Assembly (NCBI GenBank): GCA_963666365.2
Contig: CAXXNF010000001.1
Span: 288,001-352,000, forward strand
Source: Syntrophales bacterium
GTDB taxonomy: Bacteria > Desulfobacterota > Syntrophia > Syntrophales > UBA2210
DNA length: 64,000 nt
Reading direction: 5' to 3'
Shown: positions 57,113 through 64,000 of the stretch, piece by piece
How the letters are laid out: every line of letters starts with the position of its first letter
Position numbering within the stretch: the first letter of the stretch is position 1
Translations under genes and position numbers: made by a program
Notes under the pieces: generated by a model
The model's input: only the letters and a program-made list of their open reading frames with translations
Databases searched by the model: none
Told to the model about the DNA's origin: nothing

Positions 57113-60100
57113 ATGAAGATAAAAATATTTATTCTTTCCAGCATTCTATATGTGTCATGTTGTCTGACGGGATTCATGCTGCCGGCTCATGCGTCCGTTG
57201 ACGAGGGTCGCGCCCTGCTGTTCAACGGAGGCAATCCGACCTATTCCGGTATCCAGGCGGCACATGTGCAATTCAAGGCGGCAGTTGAAGCGAATCCCAC
57301 AGATCCGCAGGCCAACCTCTTCTATGGGGTGACGCGTGTGCTTGTCTCTGTGCTGGAACAGGGAAGCGGCGGCGGATATGAAACAATGGGGGACCTGCTC
57401 AAGGCCTTCGGCGTCACGCGCAACACTGTGGATGCCGTGGATGACGGGTCGCCCTTTGACGACCCCCCGCATATATACGATCACTATGCTCCCCCTGAGG
57501 AAATGCCCGGCGGCGAGGACCTGAGGGCATTTCTGGCAGGTCCCTTTGCAGCCCTCCTCGACGGTGCAATTGCCAATCTCGACAAAGTCGGAAGCGCCTT
57601 CACCACGGTTCTCAAGACCGAGGAAACCGGGGATGACGCCGTTGAGATAGACTTCGGCGATGTGTTGCTTCTGAAGTCATCCCTCCATATGCTGAAAGCC
57701 ATCATCCTCATCAGCGCCGCCTATAACCTGGATGTTGATCTTCGTGAACTGGCGATTCTGGGGAATGCCGGCGTTATCCAGTTTCACCGGGATCTTCTCG
57801 ATAAATATCCCGATTTATTGCGCCTGCGCACCACAGACGGCATTGCCTTACTCGCCGGTGCAAAACAGGCCCTTCTTGCCGGCATCGACGCCTTCGGGGC
57901 CGCCTTCGACTGTATCACCGCCGAATCGGACCCGCAGGAGGACGACCTCTTTTACTTCGATTCGGAAGGCAAACGAGAGGCACAGTTTTTTCTCACAGAG
58001 CTGACCGAGCTGAAAAACTCACTGACCGGCAATCGGGTCGCGGCATTTACCACCATCCTTGAAACGTGGCGATTGACCGATACCGCGACGGGCAATCGGC
58101 TTCACACTGAGATTGAAAAAGATGTCAATGGAGAATTTGTAGGCGGCGATTACTGGGGAATGAACGGCTGCACCTTTATCAGCTGCAGCGGCTGGATCGA
58201 AGACATCGCCGTCTCGGGAACTTCCATTACGATCGAAGTTGCCTATGGCGGCTTTTTCTCCGGTTCTGCAATATTTACGGGGACATTCATCGATGGAACC
58301 CAGATATCGGGCACATATACGGAGTATGACGGCATCGGCTCTCCCATCGGCAGCAGCTCCTTCACGGGTGAACGCATTGGAAGTGAGCAGGAGACAATTC
58401 AAATCGATTTCAATCGTGTGTTCGGGAACACAGGCAAATATCCCCTTGACATCAGGGCGGTTATGCCGGAGTTCGACCAGTGGGGAGAGGGCGAACCGGT
58501 GGCGGGGACCTTTCCTCCCATCGACGACTCATCCCCCGTCCTGAACGGCATATTCCCCGATATTCAGACAAACGACGATCTTACAGTGGAATTCGAACTG
58601 CAGCCCGCCGGCGAATTCCTTATCCCTGGCGCGTCGATCAACGTACAGGATAACACGGTCAATGACTGGGCCGGAATGACTCCGGCATTCGTCGATATCA
58701 CCGGCGATGACGAAGGCGAATTCAGCGGCGGCGACATCGCCGCGCTCTACCTGGCGCAGGATGCAGACTACCTCTATGTGCGCATGACGCTTACGGAACC
58801 CCCCAATACAACGGCGCCCGACGTCTTTGGCGGGAGCATGCACTATTTTGTTCAATTGGCCGCATCCAGATATGCTTCAGACTGGAGTGACCGGTATTTC
58901 GGCGTGAAATACAACTCAGGCAATTGGGAAGTCTTTGTCCATCAGTATGGAGGATCTTATGTGATCGGATCCCATCCCACAGGATTCGCCCAGGCGGTGG
59001 GAAATGATCTCGAATGGAAGGTGCCGCTGAGTGAACTGGACACGCCCTTTACGGGGTATTACCTGAACACGTGGAGTCATTGGACGCCCGGCCCTTATGA
59101 CTGCTCGGACAGCAATCAGACGGGACTTCGCGTGGGTCCCCTGGCATCCATCTCCGGAACGGTCTCCTGCAACGCCTGCAACGGTTCGGGCAACATTTTT
59201 GTCTGGGCCTGCGATGGCCCCAATTTGCGCCATGCACAGCAGGTCGGAAGCGCGGTGGTCGATTCTCAGGGAAACTACCGTATCGAGAACCTTCCCGCAG
59301 GGGCGAGCGTCTATCTCTTCGGCCGATGGGATGCAGACAATAACGGAATCAGGACATTCGGGGACTATGTCGGCAGACACATCACCGCCGTGACCGTGGC
59401 GGAAGGCGGAACGGGCGGGGTCGATTTTTCGCTCGATACCGAGATCGATAATTCCTTTATCATGACAAAGCCGGGACGGTACAGGGTGTTCGGCAGCACT
59501 ACCTATACAATTCCTCCATACTACTATGGTTCCTGGGATCCGAATGAGGTTGACTGGGGCAGCGGGTGGACCTTCATCGGCGAATCGAACAAGACGGCAA
59601 TTTTCAATACGACCCACTATTACAAAACCATTCTGATTATCTGGGGGGAAGCGTCGATCTTTAATTTCGATGCCTTCGAAGACCTGACGGCGGGTACCGC
59701 CTTTGCCGTCAATGCCGACGGAACACCATGCGGGTACAGCTGGCAAAGCTCCGGTCTGAAAAATTCCGATACGGAGCAACGGACAGAGCCTTCTTATTTC
59801 AAAGGCCATCCGGACGGGTTATATGCCCGGACTGAGGATTGGTGTGGGTTCAGTCTCTTTACCATGCCCGATGACGATATTGACAACAACGCACCGAGGA
59901 AACTGAAAATAACGCTCCTGTCCGACCTCACAGGTGATATTGACGGGGACATGATACTCAATCTGTCCGATGCCATTCTTGTGTTGAAGTTGGCTGCCGG
60001 TCTTGGCCCCGACGTCGTTAATGTGAATGCCGATGTAAATAAGGACGGCAAGATCGGATTGGCTGAGGTTGTGTACCTCCTTCAGCACGTTGCCGGATTG

Positions 60101-60118
60101 AGGATGGATGAGGATTAA
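57113..60118 (+). CDS. Secreted multidomain protein (about 1001 aa) with dockerin-like C-terminus
   Basis: GGAGG RBS; signal peptide ending AHA; TPR-like start; CBM9/DOMON-like DW...D..GD...DIAALYLAQDADYLYVRM; C-terminal GDIDGD...DAILVL...ADVNKDGKIGLAEV. Confidence 0.82.
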   Translation: MKIKIFILSSILYVSCCLTGFMLPAHASVDEGRALLFNGGNPTYSGIQAAHVQFKAAVEANPTDPQANLFYGVTRVLVSVLEQGSGGGYETMGDLLKAFGVTRNTVDAVDDGSPFDDPPHIYDHYAPPEEMPGGEDLRAFLAGPFAALLDGAIANLDKVGSAFTTVLKTEETGDDAVEIDFGDVLLLKSSLHMLKAIILISAAYNLDVDLRELAILGNAGVIQFHRDLLDKYPDLLRLRTTDGIALLAGAKQALLAGIDAFGAAFDCITAESDPQEDDLFYFDSEGKREAQFFLTELTELKNSLTGNRVAAFTTILETWRLTDTATGNRLHTEIEKDVNGEFVGGDYWGMNGCTFISCSGWIEDIAVSGTSITIEVAYGGFFSGSAIFTGTFIDGTQISGTYTEYDGIGSPIGSSSFTGERIGSEQETIQIDFNRVFGNTGKYPLDIRAVMPEFDQWGEGEPVAGTFPPIDDSSPVLNGIFPDIQTNDDLTVEFELQPAGEFLIPGASINVQDNTVNDWAGMTPAFVDITGDDEGEFSGGDIAALYLAQDADYLYVRMTLTEPPNTTAPDVFGGSMHYFVQLAASRYASDWSDRYFGVKYNSGNWEVFVHQYGGSYVIGSHPTGFAQAVGNDLEWKVPLSELDTPFTGYYLNTWSHWTPGPYDCSDSNQTGLRVGPLASISGTVSCNACNGSGNIFVWACDGPNLRHAQQVGSAVVDSQGNYRIENLPAGASVYLFGRWDADNNGIRTFGDYVGRHITAVTVAEGGTGGVDFSLDTEIDNSFIMTKPGRYRVFGSTTYTIPPYYYGSWDPNEVDWGSGWTFIGESNKTAIFNTTHYYKTILIIWGEASIFNFDAFEDLTAGTAFAVNADGTPCGYSWQSSGLKNSDTEQRTEPSYFKGHPDGLYARTEDWCGFSLFTMPDDDIDNNAPRKLKITLLSDLTGDIDGDMILNLSDAILVLKLAAGLGPDVVNVNADVNKDGKIGLAEVVYLLQHVAGLRMDED

Positions 60119-60124
60119 CGAATG

Positions 60125-60230
60125 GCGACAGCGCCCTTTTTATCCAAAGCGGCAGTGAAGTAACCGCAGAGATGTTGTTTCATGTATGATCCCGAGCGAA
60201 ACTCCGTAATGGATAAGGGGGCGCTGTCAC
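60125..60230. repeat. Long-arm inverted repeat between convergent genes
   Basis: GCGACAGCGCCCTTTTTATCCA (60125-60146) versus TGGATAAGGGGGCGCTGTCAC (60210-60230). Confidence 0.7.
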
Positions 60231-60233
60231 TAT

Positions 60234-62483
60234 TCAAAATTTTTGGCCGATCGTAAAATAGAACATGCCATGCCCCCCTTCTGCCTGCCCATAACCGAGA
60301 TAGGCCGGACCGAGAAAGGAATCGGCCCCGATAAAAACGCTTCCCGCCAGCATCATTGTGGAAAGCGAGATATCCTCTCGACGGGCCCACACATTCCCCG
60401 CTTCTAACGATCCGCCACAGAACAGTTCCATGTTGAGACTTCCCAGTCCGCGATGGCTGATCTTCCGAAGATACAGAAGGCTCCCAAGAGCGGTATGCTG
60501 CCCGGCAAGTTCATCCTCCGTGTATCCTGACAGATTGAGAAACCCGCCCAGGCCGAATGAATCCTGCATCAATCCGCCGCCACTCAGCGTCGTCTGCACT
60601 TTAAATTCGGGCACCAGGGTATGGTTTCCCCAGGTCATGACCTTGGCGCCGCTCAGTATAAGGCTGTTCCTGGATATGTCAGACCCCAGCCCCCGGAGAT
60701 TGGCCTCCCAGATGATGTTTCCATATGCCCCCTGCTGAGGATAGTTGAAATTGTCGATAGTATTGTAGCGAAAGGCGGCATAGACTCCCCCTCTATGAAA
60801 GTTTCCCGAACCCAACGAGGGGTCGCCGATGTTGACACCGTACCGCCCATAACCCCTCCATAATCCGGCACGTAATTCCCCCCAGTCTCCGAACTGACGC
60901 CCCGCATAAAAACCGGCCAGCAGCATCTTGACCCGATACTGCATCACAGTATCACCATCGCTATTGAAGTTGCTCACGTTCCGTTCCTGGTACTTGACCT
61001 GAGGAGCGATGAAGTAACGCGTCGATGCATCAAGCGGTTGGTAGAACTCAGAATTGATCCTCACACGATCGCCAATCTGCAATTCATTGCGCCACTCCGC
61101 ACCCAGGCTGTTCATTTCCATCTGATTGACGATGGCTGAGATCGAATAGGAATTTGCCCCCCGGAAGTTATCGTCAATGCTGAAGCCGAAGCGGATATTC
61201 GTTTGTCCCCATTGCTTATCGACCGGGGTCAGGGTCAGTTCGGTTTCCCCGTTATCCTCTTCGAGTTGCATATCCACCCTCTCAAATGTGCCGAGATTAT
61301 ACAATCTTGACAGATCCTCATAGAGCCGTTTTTTGTCGAGCTCATCCCCCGGTTTTGTTTTGACCTGGGCAGCCAGAACCGCGTCTGACAGACCTGAATT
61401 ATTGACGATTTTGACATCATTGATGACCGGCATCTTTTTCGGTCCCTTTTCCCGTCGGTGCAGGTAGGCTGCATACTCATCGTCCGAACAGACGAGTGAG
61501 GCCAGTTGCGACCTCATGGTTCCGGTCGCGTCTTCACCGATTTTCAAAATCTCGGACGCCTTCGTGAAATTTGTCGTCCCCGCGTCGCCAAGCTCCGGTC
61601 GTATCAGAATATCTCCCGGACGCAGGGTCGCAAGCTGTGCGGCGACATTTCGTTGAATAAGAATCGTCATGACCTGGGCGGTGATGCTGCCCGCCGATCG
61701 TAGTCTGTCCCGGGGACGCAGGGGAGTGCCAACGTCCACACAGATCAGGACGTCAGCACCCATCTGCCGTGCCACATCCATGGGAAGATTGTTCGCAATC
61801 CCGCCATCGACAAGCATTTTTCCATCTACCTCAACCGGCGCAAACACGCCGGGAATCGACATGCTCGCCCGGAGTGCCTGCGCCAGGCTGCCCTTCCCGA
61901 GAACGACAGTTTCCCCCGTTTCAATATCAGCCGCCACGGCACGAAACGGAATGGGGAGATAATCGAAATCCTTAACTGTGGCCTTGTGGATCAGCATCAT
62001 ATTGAGAATATAATTCAGTCCCTGGCCTTGCACAAATCCCCGGGGAAGGACAAAATTACCTTCCTTGAACCCGAGTTCGAAATCGATCTGATATTGCTGA
62101 GTGTCCTGCTTGCGCCGGAAAGGCTGTTCCTCCAACGGGGGCTTATCCCGGAATATTTTGTTCCATTCAACGCTGGTAACGAGTGTCTCCAGTTCCCCGG
62201 ATGAGAGTCCTGACGCATATAATCCCCCCACGATACTCCCCATACTTGTGCCGGCGATTACATCAATGGGGATCCTCATTTCTTCCAGTATTTTCAGCAC
62301 ACCGATGTGGGCGATGCCCCGCGCTCCACCGCCGCTCAGAACTAATCCGATACGGGGACGGGATGCTCCTTCTCCTGTGGCGGTCACACACAGGATGATG
62401 GAAATGACCAGCATATGCACCAGGATCCGTAAGAACCGGATAGAACCTCTCACAACTGATATCTTCGGAGTGATTCGGCGCAT
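60234..62483 (-). CDS. Patatin-like phospholipase with POTRA and Omp85-type barrel (PlpD-like, type Vd)
   Basis: GGGARG, GTSMG, DGG; POTRA-like segment; barrel ending in aromatic TIGQKF. Confidence 0.9.
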   Translation of the reverse strand: MRRITPKISVVRGSIRFLRILVHMLVISIILCVTATGEGASRPRIGLVLSGGGARGIAHIGVLKILEEMRIPIDVIAGTSMGSIVGGLYASGLSSGELETLVTSVEWNKIFRDKPPLEEQPFRRKQDTQQYQIDFELGFKEGNFVLPRGFVQGQGLNYILNMMLIHKATVKDFDYLPIPFRAVAADIETGETVVLGKGSLAQALRASMSIPGVFAPVEVDGKMLVDGGIANNLPMDVARQMGADVLICVDVGTPLRPRDRLRSAGSITAQVMTILIQRNVAAQLATLRPGDILIRPELGDAGTTNFTKASEILKIGEDATGTMRSQLASLVCSDDEYAAYLHRREKGPKKMPVINDVKIVNNSGLSDAVLAAQVKTKPGDELDKKRLYEDLSRLYNLGTFERVDMQLEEDNGETELTLTPVDKQWGQTNIRFGFSIDDNFRGANSYSISAIVNQMEMNSLGAEWRNELQIGDRVRINSEFYQPLDASTRYFIAPQVKYQERNVSNFNSDGDTVMQYRVKMLLAGFYAGRQFGDWGELRAGLWRGYGRYGVNIGDPSLGSGNFHRGGVYAAFRYNTIDNFNYPQQGAYGNIIWEANLRGLGSDISRNSLILSGAKVMTWGNHTLVPEFKVQTTLSGGGLMQDSFGLGGFLNLSGYTEDELAGQHTALGSLLYLRKISHRGLGSLNMELFCGGSLEAGNVWARREDISLSTMMLAGSVFIGADSFLGPAYLGYGQAEGGHGMFYFTIGQKF

Positions 62484-62620
62484 TGGATATCCTTGGAAAT
62501 CGATGTATACACTGAAAGATGAGTCACGCGGTGTTTTCTACGTTCGAAGATATAGGGAAACAATCGTACAGGTCAAGGAAATCTTAAGCGGATTTATTTC
62601 CGGACAGATGAAACCGTCCG

Positions 62621-63247
62621 TTACCGCTGGGCATTGAAGAGTTTGAGGGCCAGTCCCGCAAAAACCACGCCGGCGAGCCCGTTGATGATGCGTTGCGCCA
62701 TTGCGGAGCGACTGAGCCATGTGCCGATCAGACCGGCAAGAAGGGCAACGCTTCCGAAAATCAGGATCGTCGCGATGATAAAAACAGCGCCCAGCAGCAG
62801 CAGCTGATGCGTCAGGGGTCCCCTCGCGGGATCGGCAAACTGAGGGAGAAAGGCCAGAAAAAAAATGGAAACCTTGGGGTTCGTCACATTCATGATGATG
62901 CCCCGCCGGTAGAGCTGCCAGGGACTGCGTTTTCTGTCCTGCCCGGATTTAATTTCCGCCGCCGAGGCCCGAAACGCATGCCAGGCAAGATAGAGCAGGT
63001 AGCAGGCACCGCCAATTTTCAATGCCGTGAACGCGACAAGCGATGCCTGAAATAACGCGGCCACACCGAAGGCAACCGCTGAGGTATGCACGATAAGTCC
63101 CGTGCAAAGCCCCATTGTCACAATGAACCCTGCGCTGCGGCCGTGCATGGCCGACTGGGTGAGCACAAAGATGTTGTCCGGCCCCGGGGCAAGCGCCAGC
63201 AGCAGGGAGGCCGCAAAAAACGGCAGTATTGTTTCAACGGGGATCAT
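62621..63247 (-). CDS. LysE family translocator
   Basis: APGPDN, NVTNPKVSIFFLAFLPQF. Confidence 0.93.
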   Translation of the reverse strand: MIPVETILPFFAASLLLALAPGPDNIFVLTQSAMHGRSAGFIVTMGLCTGLIVHTSAVAFGVAALFQASLVAFTALKIGGACYLLYLAWHAFRASAAEIKSGQDRKRSPWQLYRRGIIMNVTNPKVSIFFLAFLPQFADPARGPLTHQLLLLGAVFIIATILIFGSVALLAGLIGTWLSRSAMAQRIINGLAGVVFAGLALKLFNAQR

Positions 63248-63268
63248 ATCGTTTCACACCTCCTCCGG

Positions 63269-64000
63269 CTAAAGCGTGATCTCCATCCCCTCGCGGGCGA
63301 AACACGCCTTCATGTCTCCGCAATGTTCCCGATTGCAGAGTTTCTCAGTCAGTATATCGAGCTGCGCATCGGTGCGTTCCGGATCATGGTGTATCAGTGC
63401 CAATTGCGCGACCCCGTTTCGCGCAGTCGCGTCAATGGCATATTCAATCGCGCCGTGTCCCCACCCTCGCTTTCCGTTCCGATACTCCTCCTCTGTGTAT
63501 TGCGCATCATAGACAATACAGTCGGCCCCGGCAAAAAACCGCTCTACAAGCATATTCTGCTCCGCAGCCGCTTTTTCGCCTTCAAGGGCCACAGCTTTGT
63601 CGTAAGAGGGATCAGTCGGATCGGTGCAGAAAAGATTCTGAAAGGGTTCGGCATCATATACCGTGGCAAAGGATTTCCCCCGGTACTCGAAACGATAGCC
63701 GATACAGGAAATGGGATGGTTGAGAAATTTAGTGACGAGGGTAATGCCGTCCCCAAGATCGAAACGCCCCTCCCCCAGTTCACTGTATTCTATCACTGAG
63801 GATAGCTCCTCTATTCTTACAGGAAAATAACGGTAGACAAACTGTCCGCCTATCACGCTTTCCAGAGAATCGTCTCCAAAGGTCTGCGGCCCATGAATAC
63901 GGATGCGCATGCCCGGAATATACATAGGAGTAAAAAAGGGGAATCCCAGGATATGATCCCAGTGAGTGTGGGTAAGATAAATATCAATCTTTTTCATGCC
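63269..64000 (-). CDS. MBL-fold metallo-hydrolase (5'-truncated by window edge)
   Basis: THTHWDHILG, NHP, YDAQY, GWGH, HHDPER; frame open to the window end. Confidence 0.9.
   Translation of the reverse strand, partial: GMKKIDIYLTHTHWDHILGFPFFTPMYIPGMRIRIHGPQTFGDDSLESVIGGQFVYRYFPVRIEELSSVIEYSELGEGRFDLGDGITLVTKFLNHPISCIGYRFEYRGKSFATVYDAEPFQNLFCTDPTDPSYDKAVALEGEKAAAEQNMLVERFFAGADCIVYDAQYTEEEYRNGKRGWGHGAIEYAIDATARNGVAQLALIHHDPERTDAQLDILTEKLCNREHCGDMKACFAREGMEITL

Noticed and set aside
1..64000. CRISPR arrays, tRNA/rRNA genes, prophage or defence genes
   Set aside because: No spaced short direct repeats, RNA gene signatures, or phage/defence motifs recognised by eye.

Overview
Bacterial chromosomal segment; gene content and style suggest an anaerobic deltaproteobacterium (Syntrophales-like, inferred). 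It holds about 44 protein-coding genes and no recognisable rRNA, tRNA, CRISPR array or intact transposase. Main blocks: several PAS/GAF hybrid histidine kinases; a CCG/GlcD/GlcF-type Fe-S oxidoreductase operon; a MarR redox cluster; acyl-CoA catabolic genes, partly in an AT-richer block; an AtoE/BKACE/3-hydroxyacid dehydrogenase trio; glnS; a DEAD-box helicase; a STAS/RsbW/solute-binding protein/SpoIIE partner-switching operon. Highlights: (1) a C-GCAxxG-C-C selenoprotein split by the ORF track (in-frame TGA at a conserved Cys position plus a SECIS-like hairpin, 8249-8719 minus); (2) a candidate envelope system at 45-62 kb with two secreted mosaic proteins (about 2870 aa and 1000 aa) ending in the same dockerin-like tail, an orphan LptC-like protein, a GAF kinase and a PlpD-type patatin; (3) a subtilase with a secretin-N0-like domain; (4) readable regulatory sites (MarR operators, a sigma28 promoter, structured leaders). 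All family calls come from motif recognition by eye; no searches were run.
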